DNA of 64,000 nt from Epiperipatus broadwayi (lineage: Eukaryota > Animalia > Onychophora): the NCBI GenBank assembly GCA_028023455.1, contig JAQFVV010000011.1:2542001-2606000 (forward strand). The letters are read 5' to 3'. Both the position numbers and the translations under genes were made by a program. Shown here piece by piece: positions 39,748 through 54,000 of this stretch. The first letter of the stretch is position 1; each line of letters begins with the position of its first letter. The notes under the pieces were generated by a model. That model was not told where the DNA came from, did not search any database, and worked only from the letters and a program-made list of their open reading frames with translations.

Positions 39748-40084
39748 ATAAAAGTTCTAACCAAAATCTTCTAAAGTGCGATTTCTGATTTGAAATATTC
39801 TTAGCAAGAGAAATAACTTTCTAGGAAGCAAAAGTTTCCGTATTTAATATTATATTAATTTTTCCTTCATTATATATATAATTCTTTTGTGTAAATATGT
39901 GAAAGCAATTTTTTTCTTTCCTTCCTTTATTTTATTTAGCTGAATGAACTTTCAATGAGGCTATAACTATGGGGTGTGTCACCGAAAGTTCACTCAGATA
40001 AATAAAATAAAGTAAGCTCCCCACCCCACTTCTTAAAACCTACACATATACGTGTGCAAAAGTATTATCTTTAATATAGTAAAT

Positions 40085-40522
40085 CAGGGGTCCCCAACCC
40101 TATGCCCGCGGCCGCCGTGGCGCCCGCAGACCATTTTATGTGTGCCCGCCGCTATCCGAACATGATAAAAAATTATTTATCTGATACAAATAAATTTAAT
40201 GTTTGAATTTTTTTTATGAATTATTGTATTATATTGTAATCAAATTGTAGGGCATACTATACTTTTACAGCATAAAAATATAAACGTCAATTATATGTTA
40301 AAATTTAATTTTTGAAATAAATATTTTTTTGTACATTATGTGTATTATTAACAATATCCAACTATAAATTTACATGTGATATGATGTGATGAACTGTGGA
40401 TTCTCCATAAACGAAGTCAAGAATATCTCAGCAATTATGTCCAGATAAAAAATAAATGGTGCCCGCCACCTGGCCGGTATTATGGAATGTGCTTTTAAGT
40501 GCAAAAAGGTTGGGGACCCCTG
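40085..40522. mobile_element. Non-autonomous hAT (Charlie-type) MITE, 438 bp
   Basis: TIRs CAGGGGTCCCCAACC / GGTTGGGGACCCCTG; perfect 8 bp TSD TAGTAAAT at 40077-40084 and 40523-40530. Confidence 0.95.
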
Positions 40523-41522
40523 TAGTAAATGATAAGATAATCACAGATTGAAAAAAAAACATCACTCACATAAATAACCCTAATCAGGGCATGTTTAAAA
40601 TAATAATAATAAATGGAAAGAAGTGAAGATGCAGAAAGAAATTAACAGTTTTCCAGCCATTTGTTTTCATTAACCAATATAACAGCTGAGCACTTGGTAA
40701 AAATCTCATTATCAGAAAACATAATGAATTAGAAATATTTTTGTGAGAAGTATATCTGCCTTGATATTGATCTTTTATCACCAGAGAAACCTGCTGTAGT
40801 GAGATACTAGTTAATGAGTTAATATAATTCCATATAGTATTCTCTGAGGGAATTGTTTGTATATTATCTATTAGATTTTATAATTCAAGCTAGTTTTTTA
40901 AAAATATACAATAAAGTAAGATAAAATATGTCATGATTATTGAAAATGTAACTATAGTGGTACCATATCCATTAGAACTCAGGAAGTATTAGTCTAATTG
41001 GTAACAGAATTTCCAAGGTAGAATAACTTTTAACTATATAATCAGTATTGCCATCACTAAATACCATTTTAAAAATTTATAAAAAAGTGAATCTAAATAG
41101 AATGTCTTAAGTCGCCATACTTCACACATGGTATTATATATCCTCTGAAACTCATTTAAATAATTAGAAATGTTAATCCTATAGATCTAAGCTATCATAC
41201 AACACCAGTTAAAAAAGATCACTTCATTTGTTTAATCATAAGTTTTATAAGTTCTTTTTGAAGTTCAGCTCACAAATTGTACAGCTATTAAAGTTAAGTA
41301 AAAATGTTCTATTTGTTTAATGTTGCTATTTTGTGAATTAATAGTTATAAGAGAGATATTTGTTATGCACTTGATAAATTTTTCAAAAGCTTCAATTCAC
41401 ACAATTAATATAAATTTTGTTTTGATATTTCTTTGTTTCCTTTAAGAATTAATTAATTAAGGTGTAAAATCACCAAAATACTATATGATTCCTGCCTACA
41501 AAATGTTTTTCAATAGTAAGTA

Positions 41523-41740
41523 CTGTGATGTGATGCATTATGGCTTCTCCTTTATTGAAGTCAGGAATCTCTCAGCCACTATGCCCAGAGAAACCTGTTA
41601 GCCACCTTACCTTTCCATTCTCCACCCTAAGTTTTTCTATATTCTTCTCTATCCTGCACCATCCCATTTCCACATCATCTTTGTCCACTCTATGGTCTTT
41701 ATATCTAGATCCCCTTATCTTTTTCCAAACCCCAACATAT
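41523..41740 (-). mobile_element. Third copy (3' end only) of the LINE at 16299 and 37640
   Basis: The reverse complement aligns with 17080-17297 and ends GCATCACATCACAG. Confidence 0.8.
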
Positions 41741-41799
41741 TTCTTCTATTTTATTTGCGCCATCTAGTGTAAACTTGAATAATTAATAGATAACAAATA

Positions 41800-41960
41800 A
41801 TAATGCTAAATAAATCCCTATACTAAATATTTCCAGTCTAGTTTCTATTTTATGACTTTTGTCAATGAGAAGTTTGCATCTGGATCTGTGCACCAGAATT
41901 TTTTGGATTCAATGTATCTTTTATTCAACATCCATCTTTTATTTTTTTTAAACTATCAGA
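41800..41960 (-). mobile_element. Highly degenerate family A fragment
   Basis: AAATATTTCCAGTCTAGTTTCTA...TGGATCTG...; matches are patchy. Confidence 0.45.
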
Positions 41961-42604
41961 CTACCAATAGAAATTTCAAAAACATATTAATGCTTAGAAC
42001 GTAAGCATATCTATTAATTTATACCTTATTTTTGAAATTATATTGAAGTATGCTAGATAATTGTCTGTGGAAGAAAAATTGCACATTTATACAAAGGTCT
42101 TATAGATTATTGATTAACATATCTAACTACTATATGCTCAATGTAAGGTTTGAATTCAGAAAAATTTAAAGAAAGTTGAAATTTTCAAAGTAAGCTTAAA
42201 TTTTTTTTTTCAGATCACTTATTCATAGATAACAAAGCTAATCATTCAATTACTGTTGGTATAACTAGATATTAATTATTTAAATGGAAAACGAAACAAG
42301 TAAACTTCAAAAACGGTCCCTATCTGGCAGGTAATAGTCTGAAAAATACTCTACTATTTTCTGGCAGGCATTTGGAAATTGAACTGCATTTCTTGATTCA
42401 TAGGTTTTTATGTTTTATTATATATAATTAATGCCTGATTCATTAAATATCATATTTAATTACCCTACATGGTTTAGTAAAATGGTAATACAGCAGACCC
42501 ACAGACTTGAGAACTAAAAATTGATTAGTCATAGCTGGTTCCATCATTGTTGGTGCTTGAACGTCATATGACCTCTAAGCGACAAATCATTTGATATCTA
42601 AAAC

Positions 42605-42915
42605 ATATTTTAAGGGTTGGAGTAGTTTGAAGCCTGTCTATTAAAGTATGAAGATTGGCTATTTTAATATAAAGCTGAGCACTGATTGTATATATGTGTA
42701 GAGATAGTAATCTGGACCAACTGGTGATTGCTGTTTTAGCATGAAATACGATATATTGGTGATTATTTATCTTTTCAACATGTGTATGGTCAGGTGGGTC
42801 AGCAATATGAGATGGCATGGAGAGCTGAGGGTCGCGTAAAAGTCTGAGTTCGAATCCCTTATAGATTACATTATATATGTGCAGGAGTGTGTAAGACTGT
42901 ACAGTGTATTAATTT
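42605..42915 (+). mobile_element. Family B (B1 end) copy with mutated hammerhead
   Basis: GGACCAA CTGGTGA TTGCTGTTTTAGCAT GAAA...; it ends GTCTGAGTTCGAATCCC...ACAGTGTATTAATTT. Confidence 0.8.
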
Positions 42916-43833
42916 AATACATATAATAAATTACTCTGATTTTTATTAAACAGATGATGTTTCATTTATTTACCGTGTCACACAATCACTTATTTTTTTC
43001 TAATACACATTTGTATTCTAACTATGTAGTATAAATATCTAAGATAAACATTCCAACTTGTAATATTATTTTCCTCTTCAAATAATATAATATTAAAAGA
43101 ATAAAATAAGATTTTTTTTCATCAATAGTTTTAATTAGACTCCAGAAATTAGTACAGGACTTCCTCAGGAGTAATAACTACTCCCCACTATTCAGCGAAA
43201 ACTATTTTTCAAAATAATTTTATAGCAGCTGGAACTTCTTAGTTTTCAATTTTCTTTTTCTTTACAAAAATGTGTAGAATAAGAAAGATGTCTTTTCCTG
43301 TAAACATCTTTAATGCTTACTTAATAACAGGGAACAGTGTGAAGAGCGCACACACTGCCACAAGGAGCTTCAAAACTCGCCCTAGAATTAAAATCAAACT
43401 TCTCATAAACATCTTTAAGAAATACACACAAAAGAAAGTGTTGGGATTCTGTACAACTAATAAGAATTAATTTCAAGAAATATGTTTTTTTTAAAATAAA
43501 TCTTCGTACAATAATAAAAATCTCCAGCTAGCTTAAGAAATAAACATCTATTATTATCATGTCATGTTTATATATATTACAAAAGACAGAAAAATGTTAA
43601 GCATATAATAAAAATAATAACTAAAGTTTAAACATAAAACTTATGCATATCAGTCAAATATTATTGACCTTCTTTAGAATGAAGAAAGCAATTGTAATCT
43701 CTATACGCATATTCACAAAAGAAAATATTGAATGATGGGAAGAATGAGGAAAAAATAAAAACTAGTAAGTGAAAATATTCTAACTTTAAGATAAAAGTTT
43801 ATTTTTCTTAAGTTATGAATTTCAATTTGACAT

Positions 43834-43927
43834 ATATATATTATATGTCAAAGCATTGACCAGGAAGCAAACCCGGTCCGGCTGCTTGGAAGGCAACTAC
43901 GCTAACTGCTAGACCACCAACGCTTGA
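43834..43927 (-). mobile_element. tRNA-Gly(TCC)-derived SINE, copy closest to the parent tRNA
   Basis: Minus strand 43923-43853 reads GCGTTGGTGGTCTAGCAGTTAGCGTAGTTGCCTTCCAAGCAGCCGGACCGGGTTTGCTTCCTGGTCAATGC. The T-loop is altered to TTTGCTT. TSD CAATTTGACAT lies at 43823-43833 and 43928-43938. Confidence 0.85.
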
Positions 43928-44001
43928 CAATTTGACATTGTTATTGTGTGTGCATTCACAAATCTTATTATTTTAATGTTACAACAGCTAGGATAATCTA
44001 C

Positions 44002-44713
44002 TTAAAACAGGCAAAACTCTCCATACAGTAATGCCACTCAGTGCAAATCAGAATTATCAATATGCCAGAAGGCTTGTGCATAAAATCCCTATTGAGTGCC
44101 TACTCATCCAATATTCCCAGACTAGTTTCTGGCATGTGGCCTTCATCAGTGAGGAACCTTGGATCTTAGAGCACTTCACCTAGATCTTAGAATCTAATGC
44201 AATCCTCCAGCATCCACCTTTTATCTCTACTTAACTACAAAACTATGAGAATAAAATTGAAAACACAATATGTTCTAATCTAAGTTCATTAGCTTATATA
44301 GTCATATAGGTCTGAACTCAGTTCAGTACCCATACATTTTGGTGTCTTTGGTTCTTTAATAATCATAGCCACCACTATCATACTATGCAGGATTGGTTTT
44401 AAACCACCAAACATCACATGATCACTATTTCTTATGCTTGCTCATAACTGTTATTAAAACAGGCAAAACTTTCCATACAGTAGTGCCACTCAGTGCAAAC
44501 CAGAGTAATCAATGGATGTCAGAAGGCTTTTGCCAGAAACTAGTCTGGGGATATTAGATGAATAGGCACCAGATAGGGATTTTATGCACAAGCCTTCTGG
44601 CATCCGTTGATTACTCTGGCTTGCACTGAGTGGCACTACTGTATGAAGAGTTTTGACTGTTTTAATAACAGTTATGAGCAAGCATAAGAAATGGTGATCA
44701 TGTGATGTTTGGT
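44002..44713. mobile_element. Family A three-arm complex (reverse, reverse, forward) within one 10 bp TSD; near-intact hammerhead at 44105-44165(-)
   Basis: GATAATCTAC lies at 43992-44001 and 44714-44723. The minus-strand core reads CTGATGA AGGCCACATGCCA GAAA CTAG TC TGGGAATATTGGA. Confidence 0.85.
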
Positions 44714-44965
44714 GATAATCTACGTACATGAAGGAACTACACAGTTCTTAGCAATGAGTAAAAAACAATCGTTGGATAAAAAAGAATCTGCTTACATTTA
44801 TTATTGAATTTATAGCCACAAATGTGAATAAAATAAAATAAAATAATTTAATTTGCAAAACAAAGTCATAATTTATTTTTTAAAAAGTATCAATTATTTA
44901 ACACAAAAGTACATATTTGACAAATAAACTACGTCATGTGATCTGTTTATACGTGACAATTTATT

Positions 44966-45302
44966 AAACCACTAAACATCAAACGATTACCATTTCCTAT
45001 GCATACACAAGCTGTTTAAACAGAGACAAACTCTCCATACAATAGTGCAACCCAGCACAAGCCATATTAATTAATAGATGCAAGAAGGTTTGTGCATAAA
45101 ATCCCTATCAAATGCCTACTCATTCAATACCTCCAAACTAGTGTTTAGCTTGTGGCTCTTTTATCAGTGAGGAGCCTTGGATCCAAGAGCAGTGCACCTA
45201 AGATCTAGGTGCAGTGAGTAGGGTTTTACACACCGACCTTATAACATCCATTGATTACTATGGGTTGCACTGGGTGGCACTATTATATGGAGATTTTGTC
45301 AC
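44966..45302. mobile_element. Family A fold-back, older, degenerate hammerhead
   Basis: Reverse arm to ~45205 and forward arm 45200-45302. Confidence 0.75.
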
Positions 45303-45623
45303 CAATGAGAATTTATTCTAATTTTATGGTGTCAAGTTCCAATTTCAGTGACTTGTATTCTTTTTGGTCTGCTAAAATATAATTTAATTTCTTACTTTAA
45401 TTTGATAGATTTGCTGCTGGGAATGATTTCATTTTTTATGGATTTCATTTGAAGTTAATTTGTTGTATATTGCTTTCCTTTAAAACTATCCATATTTTGT
45501 TTTCATTTATCTAGTATATATTAGGTATTGTTTGTTTTAATAAATATTTTGTGCTTTAACTACTTTTTTATTCTTTTATTTAATATTCAAATATATGTGT
45601 ATTGTCTATACTAAACTTAATGT

Positions 45624-46050
45624 TATTAGAAGGGACTTGAACTCAGACTTTCAAGCTCTCCACAGCCATCCACTCCATCTTATACAACTGACACACATGA
45701 CCACATACATGTGAAGAAGATCAATGATCTCCAATATACATATTTTGTGTTGAACCAGCTCTCATTAGCTGGCCCAGATCACAAACCCCCCCCCCACATA
45801 TATATATAATCAGTGCTCAGTTTATATTAAGATAGTAAATCTTCAAACTTTAACGAACAAGCTTCAATCTTCATCCCCCTCCCCGCCGCCCTCTTCACCC
45901 ATCCATTTTATTGAAAATATGATGATGGAGTGCTCAAAACTCTGCCAATATTATTGTCATACCCATGTTGATTTTAATCACTCTGGCTCCTAACAAATAG
46001 GACCTTAATATGTCAATTTAAATATACAGAAGAGGAATGGACAGAATACA
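45624..46050 (-). mobile_element. Family B long copy, degenerate hammerhead
   Basis: Aligns along 2800-3210. Confidence 0.75.
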
Positions 46051-46207
46051 GACTTTTTATTGCGACATTTTTTCTTCATTTTATTAATATTTTATTTTTT
46101 ATTAATTAGTTATTTCTTTCACTTACTATTAAGTATTATATAGTTCCACTAAGTAGATAGATTTACTATAATTTATAACTTTTATTTATTTTACTATTAT
46201 TTTTATT

Positions 46208-46251
46208 ATAATAACAACAACAATGATGATGACAACAACAACAACAACAAC

Positions 46252-46289
<38 letters not shown>

Positions 46290-46300
46290 TGATGATGATG
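46208..46300. repeat. Compound trinucleotide microsatellite (ACA/ATA/ATG)
   Basis: Seen directly. Confidence 0.95.
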
Positions 46301-47866
46301 TTTGTCTTACCTCCAAAAAAAACAACTACCTACTGGGGAAAAATACTTAATGAATACACCTTCAAATATAAACTCAAGATCAACATTAATAAAACAACAG
46401 CTTGGGTTCTTTACACTGGCAAGATACATATGCAAATGTATCATGGTAAACCAACTAATTTCCTTGGATTTCCTTTCTACCTAGGGACCTCTGGAATGTG
46501 ACAAAAGATCCAGAAAAAACTGAAAGATTATGCTGAACACATAACTAATTCTCTCTCCAAAACCTACCTCTCATTATATGCAAAAGTATGCCTTTTCAAT
46601 CAGCTTGTAACTATGAAAATAATCTATTACTCACTAATTATAAACTGCACTAAATCTTTCACTTTGTCCATTTACACACTCTGTAATCACCTATTATGGT
46701 GCAGAACAGTGGTCTCTGTCTCTGTAAAAGGAACTTAGTCCTCCACTAACCAGAAATGGATTAGATCTTCACTCCATTCAATTTTTTCATACACAAGAAA
46801 GTATTAATCTCCTAGCTGCACTGATAAGAAGTTTTCCCACTCTCAAATGTATCTTTCAAATAACACCCACAGACCTTCACATGGATATTTGTCTGTGCTC
46901 ATAAACCAACATCAAAGCATTTATGATCAGGTGTCTTTTTGGTTGTTGGTAAATACAACTATTGGAATATTTATAATATGCGGTATTCAAACCTAACTAC
47001 TGATCCACTGTCACCAATGCTAAATATAAACAACAGTTAGTTGATGCAATCCAAGACATGGTCATTGGAATCAAAATGTTTTGACTTTCTCTTAAGGCTA
47101 TATCTTCCTGACCTACCTACCACCTATTTCCTTAAATCCTGCAGGCTTTAGACCCAAATTGATGATTTTTGTTTCTTGTGCCACAGGGAAGAAGAAATGC
47201 AATAGCAGCTATTCCACACCTGCACAGCTCTGACAAATATCTGAGAGATTATGATTAATACATATAGACAAAATAATATCACACTTGATAACCTAATAGA
47301 AATGCTCAGAAAAGGTTCAATACCAGCAGCCCATGCAGCAACTTTTTGTTTATATATTTTGTGGTTCACTAGATGTACTTTGTGCCTTGGAAATAACACC
47401 AGAAGGCACCCATCCACATTCAGTAATAAGCTTGAACAACCGAAGGCTAGAGATGGCAAAATTGCACACCCAGATATTTTTGCTGCTACATGGTCAGTAT
47501 TAAAAACTAAAGCCAAACCATAATCTCAAACAACCAAATGACTTCTGTTGTAACAAGAACAATTTTTTTTGTCACATATCTCATTTTCAACAATCTTTTA
47601 AATACCACATCTGTGTATTGAATAGTCCAAAGATATATTTAATTTAATCAGAAAATATTTTAAATCTGATGAACTAAACCTTCAGACAATGAAAATAGAA
47701 CCATAGACAAATACACAGTTTACAAGTTTACATTTATCAGATGCCAGCCTAACAATTTATTTGAACTGTACCAATAATATCTATCTGTTTGTTCTAAATA
47801 TATGTAATTTTCAACAATGTATTTTTAACAGTGTAACGCTTATGAACAATAAAGTTTGATTTGAAA
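46301..47866 (+). mobile_element. 5'-truncated Tx1/L1-like non-LTR retrotransposon (RT C-terminus, zf-RVT, 3' UTR)
   Basis: Motifs LKININKT, FLGFPF, YLSLYAKVCLFNQLV, RNGLDLHSI and KCFDFLLRLYL...FCFLCHREEE..QLFHTC. AATAAA at 47848 precedes the tail. Confidence 0.75.
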
Positions 47867-48139
<273 letters not shown>

Positions 48140-48329
48140 AAAAAATGAAGATGAATAAAAACTCTATGACCATATAAACCAATCTGTGAATCCCAAATAC
48201 ATTCACATATAAAACCTGTTGGTTCATTTTTCTGTTTACTTAGTATTTTACAGTGTTGTATTTTAATTTCTTCAGCAAAAAACTTTTCTTTATCAAATAT
48301 TTCCCCATGTCTAATTATAGTACTCCAAA

Positions 48330-51000
48330 GTATTCTACTCTGCTATTTCCTCCCATGGACACAATTGACATTGCACTTCTTTAAAGTGTCTTTGAGATAA
48401 TCCTTATATCATAGACAAGGGCTACCTCTTTCATAAAACTATGCTCAAATTTACCATAAAACATTTTTGTCAATTTTACATTTCCAATGTAGAAGTGATT
48501 TTACAATAGTGAATTCAGTAGTGCTTTTATAGACTTGCCACTGTATTTTTAAAATTTTATGGAGCATCCTTAAATAAAACTTTTCTAATGTCTTCATATT
48601 ATACTTGTTTTATCTGTATACAATAAATTCAGTAAAATAATAGCTTTATATACAGCTAACGTAGTTGTGATGAAACACTTCATCTTTTAACTTGTTAAAT
48701 AAGCAGCAGAAGCTCACTATAATCTCTATTGTACATCAACATCAAAGTCCATAATTTTTACTTATAAAATGCCCAAGGTATTTAAACTGATTTACATTCT
48801 CAAGTTGATAGCTATCTCAGCCAAACATTGCAGAGAATTTTCCATCAACCACTAGTTGATAAAGAACTTGAATTTATTAATTAATAAACTAAAGTTTTTG
48901 TATGTTGCACTTAAAACATTAAGATCACTCTGTAAGTCACCGTTTAAGTTGCAAAAATAACACAATCATCATTCATGTTGTAAATCCACAATCCAAGAAG
49001 AAGTTGTTGTTTTTGCTTTCAATCTATTCAAATTTAAAATTCAGCTTTAAAAATCTGTATCGTATCTTGATCCCTGTTTATTAAGCCACCTATAAACTAT
49101 TCCAAAGACTACTGTCTGAAAAATTGAAAACAGCGTTGGAGCAAGTTATACAACCTTGTTTAATCCTAATTTTTATTTCAAATGCCTCAGATTGTCCACC
49201 TGTAGTAATAAGACTTTCTCTCATTCCATAAATAATATAAATTTTGATGGACAACCAAACAATTTCAAACAATGCCATAAATCTGTTCTATCAATAGAAT
49301 CAAATGCATTGACCAAATCAATAAAAACAATATATAAATCATTCCTTTGTTCCTCACATTTTTCTTGCATTTGATTGGTAACAAAACACATGTCGATAAT
49401 GCTTCTTGATTTCCTAAAACCTCATTGAGTCTCTGGTATTCATATATCCATAACTGGAGGCAACTTAATAAAATTCTTGAAAATACCTTTACTGTAGTAT
49501 ATAATAATGATATTCCACAATAATTAATGGGATATTATCTATTCCCTTTGTTTTTAAAAACTGAAATAATAAAAGCAACCTTAAGATGATGTGACTCGAC
49601 TTCATAGATTCAAATACTTTTAAAAAAAATTTCAATATTTTTGAAGCTAATATATCACCATTATATTTTAATATTTCTCCAGATATTTCATCAGGATTTG
49701 CAGTCTTTACATTTTTAGGATTATTAAAGAACTGTTTTGCATTTATTAAGCTGGATATCTTTATCCAATAATTAGATAAATTAACAAAGTTATCATCTCA
49801 ATTCTTGTAGCACTATTCAATAAATGATCAAATATGAAAAGTGCCATTTCTAGATTTAATAGGATTATAATACCATTGTTTAGATTCATATGTTGCTTTC
49901 AATGTATAAAAAAAAATCTAGAATGATAACAATCAGTGAAAGTCAATATCTTCTTTGCAGTTTTAATCTACCAATCATTTTGAAGTCTTCTTACCAGTCA
50001 TGAACTTTCACTGTCAGATCTTTATATTTATTATAAAGTTCCCCATTTAATATATTATTCTGCAATCAGAAAATGCCACATTTCCTTTTAATTATATCAC
50101 TAATAATATCGTCAAAAAACCAGTCATGACTCTGCTTTTTGGTGAACTCAAGAATAGATTTACTTGTATCCATAACTCATTCCTTAATAGACTTCCATAT
50201 TTCAGTAATATGACAATCCTGAAGTTCCAAATTAGAAATTTAAATGCTCAACAGCTGCTGAAGTTTAATACATATACTAGATTCTTCTAAAGAATAAATA
50301 TCAGTTTTCTTGTGAATATGATTGGAATAATATCTATTTTTAATGCAACAAACATTTTTAATCTATCTGCCTGACAATATATGTTTGTAAGTACTTATGT
50401 GAACTTCTTTTGGATTCTGATTCCTAAATACAATCTATTAAATGCCATTGTTTTGAGCATAGATATATTTTTGTTTCTTTATAGTGGTTTTACCCATGTG
50501 TTGTGCATAAATTCAATAACAAACCAGTTGAATTTGAACTTATTATTTTCTATAACTTTTGTCCAAAGCAAATGATATTTTAATGATATTGCTATAATAA
50601 TGTTGGCCAACAAATAAAAGATTTCCTTCTCTGAATTATCCAAATCTAAAGTGGGAGCATAGGCACTAATTAAACAAGCACAAATACCAATGGCAAAATG
50701 AATTTTAATATTATTAGCTTTTCATTGATATAATGAGGAATTCCAGCAATAGAATATAATAAATTAAACTTTACAGTAAATCCAATGCTATGCATTCTCT
50801 CATTTCATCAACGGACCTGCCTTTCCAAAAAAAAAAGTATCCATCTGTTCTATTAAACTTTTTTCCTCTGTGATATAAGATTCATTAAGAGCAGCTGTAA
50901 CCACCAGTGCAATCCTCCATTCTGATCTTGAAGAGTGTGTATCAAATAAAGGTCACACATTCCATGCAGCTACATTTAGAAAAAAGTACCATTATTATTA
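48330..51000 (-). pseudogene. Degraded RTE-clade LINE spanning the endonuclease and RT domains
   Basis: The minus strand gives LNVAAWNV (EN); PETQ*GFRKSRSIIDM..QEKCEEQR; YIVFIDLVNAFDSIDR; SEAFEIKIRIKQGC; FKYLG; TLAVYKAII; KDYLKDTLKKC. Confidence 0.88.
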
Positions 51001-54000
51001 TATCTACCACTGAACAAAGTAATCTCGCAGATATGATAATCTAGCCAGACTGTATTAGGTAGGCAATTTTAGTTTACTTTATGATAATTTGTTGTTACTA
51101 TTAAATAAATATACAGCTCCATTATGTTATGTATGACAGTATAAAATTTCAAAATATTTGCATTTTTGTTTAATTAAACTAAATAATGAAACTGTTTTTG
51201 ATTCAACAGTAAAGTAATTCATATTTCATTTTTTCTGTTTCTATTCTGATCCTGTGCAATCTATTTCATCAGTAGGAGTGACAGAATCAAAAACTAAAGA
51301 CTCTTGAATGTGCTTAACCTATCACCTGAATATTTGAATATCACATGATTTCTTGAATAACTGACATTAGAATTTATATATAACAAAAAATGAATGAATC
51401 CTTGCTAAATTTGAATGTATATATTAATAAAAATATACATACATATAAATTACATGAGCACAGCACTTATGTTTAGACAAACCAATAGAATATCAGAATC
51501 TTTTGTCAAGGAAATACTACAACTAGGCAATTGATGGAATTTATTATCTAATTGTAATATTGTCTTGACAACATATTGTTGATATTTTATTAAATTTAGT
51601 TGTAATTGTACATAGGCCTCTCTGATAGCATTGCCACAACTTTTCAGAAAATATTTTATTAGTTTGATATTGAGGACTGCTAGTCACTTAGTTGATAACA
51701 CTTATTGTTAATATACAAATCAGTATGTATTTATTAATTTAGATAGAGTTTACCAAATTCATGTAAAAATATGCATACGAAGAATAAATAATATAGATAA
51801 TAAAATAAAGAATAGGAAACCTGCAGCAAAAGAACTATTATAGGTTAATGAGCAAACTTGTTTAGCCTCAGGGATTGTCTATTGGTGGTAACTGATAATT
51901 TTTGCCAATATCAAAGGTTAAAGATTATTTCTATTTACATGGATATTATTTTCTCATTTCTATTCTTTATTAAAATAACAATCCATGGAAATATTTAATT
52001 CAACATATATAGATATTGTACATACATTGTTACTGCAATTTGTAAAAATGTATAAAACTAGATTTTATGCTTTAATTAAAAATATAAATCTTTGCCAATA
52101 GTAGAATTAAAGATATATTTTGATTCCAAAAATGATTTACTGATTTTGAAAAAAGCTTGGATCAAACCAACCCAAAGAACAAAAAGACAAAAGTAAATAA
52201 ATATGAAAAGAATAATAAATTATAATTCTTATTAAAGTGGATATGCTTTTAGATATCAGAGATATTTGTCTTATAGGTTTAAAAGTAGGTATAGAAAAAA
52301 TGATTAAGGTCATACTGATTTTATTTAAGATTTTGATAAGCCTTCAAGTTAAATAATAATATATTTAAGGTATCAGATGTACTAGCCAATGAACATCATG
52401 TATGAGTGGCTTCTCTCTATTTGGAACAATTGCAAACCATATAAAATACAGTATACCATATGCATCAATTAATTTTAATGGAGAAGGACTACTCTATTGA
52501 GGATGAAAAAATTCACATTACAAGGAAACTAATATTTATTTATAAATACAAATAATACTAACTAAAACAAAAAAATTAAATTATCCTACAAAGTTCAAAC
52601 CATTAAAAATAATAATTATTATTTGCATTCTTTTCAAAATTTCTATTACTATTATTCTGAGGCCATGTAAAATAATGGTTGGTAAATTGATATTATGCAA
52701 TTAGTGTTTTTATATTTGATATTAATTTTATGATTTAAGATTATTTCAGGAGGAATAAAAATGATAATATAGTTGACTTTAGTGTTTTATATTAATAAAT
52801 CACAAAATATATGATGAAAAATCCTAAAATTAATATTAGTTTCAAAAAGTCCTCATAAGCATGAAGGATGGCATTTAGATTTACATCTTATTCAATGGAT
52901 GATTTTAAATAAACATACAAAAAAATGAAAATTTTCAAAATGATTAATTTTAAAACAATTCAACTCTAAGGAATGTTTAAAAAATATGATTTATTCATAT
53001 ATTCACAAGCAATGAAATAAAAAAAAAAGATATATATGAAATAAAATAAATCAAAAACTTAAACAATGACTGAAATGTTCTAATATTTATATTAAATATT
53101 GTGTTAATTTTATATAGAGCTGGTAGATGTCACTATGTATGCAGTATAGGTTATTTTTGTAATTAAGCCATATTGAAAAGGGCAAAAATTAAAAATTTGC
53201 CGAAAAGAGCTTTTATATGTTATTTTTATTTGTGACTATATTACAGCTTTTGTTATATATCATTTTGTTGTTAGTAAAGATATTTTATTATATATATGAT
53301 TTATTTTTAATATTAATTAAAGTACAAATTATATCCAACAATGAATAATATTTAATAATTGGAGTGATAAATCTCTAAGCATTAGCTATATTAATGCAGC
53401 ACCCTCTAGTGTTGGATAATTTAAAAGCTGTATTTTATTCTTTTATCTATAAATATATAAATAATGTAATCCTTTACATATGCTCATATAGACCCACAAG
53501 CAAAATATTTTTATATATTTTAAATACATTGTAGTTTGGCTGGCAATATGAACCATAGCATTAATATATCTAACTTTTGAAAGTTTATGCTCTAATTATT
53601 TTATTTTATATGTAATTATTCATAAAATTGTAACAGAAAATAATATAAAAAATGTTTATTATTTTAAATTATAATAAAAAATAATGTACTTGTAAATGTG
53701 CATAAGCATATGTAATGGAATACATTATAAATGTTATAATATATTGAATTATTTCCATCATTTATAATTAAATCTTGAATGTCTAAAAAATTTTAAACTG
53801 TTAGTAATAACACACAAATAGACTGTTAGTGACAACACATAAATAGACCACACAGGTTAGTAGACTATATACTGAAATTAAATTTTACAATTTTCAATAT
53901 ACCAATGTATAACAGTTATAATTAATATAAAGCATGACTGTTATATTCAATACCATTTACAGTTAAAATTTAAAAATCAAAATCTCATTAAATCACACAA

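Noticed and set aside
43853-43923. Functional tRNA-Gly(TCC) gene
   Set aside because: The T-loop is altered (TTTGCTT), stems have mismatches, and it has an A-rich tail and TSD. Sister copies have other anticodons, so it is a SINE.
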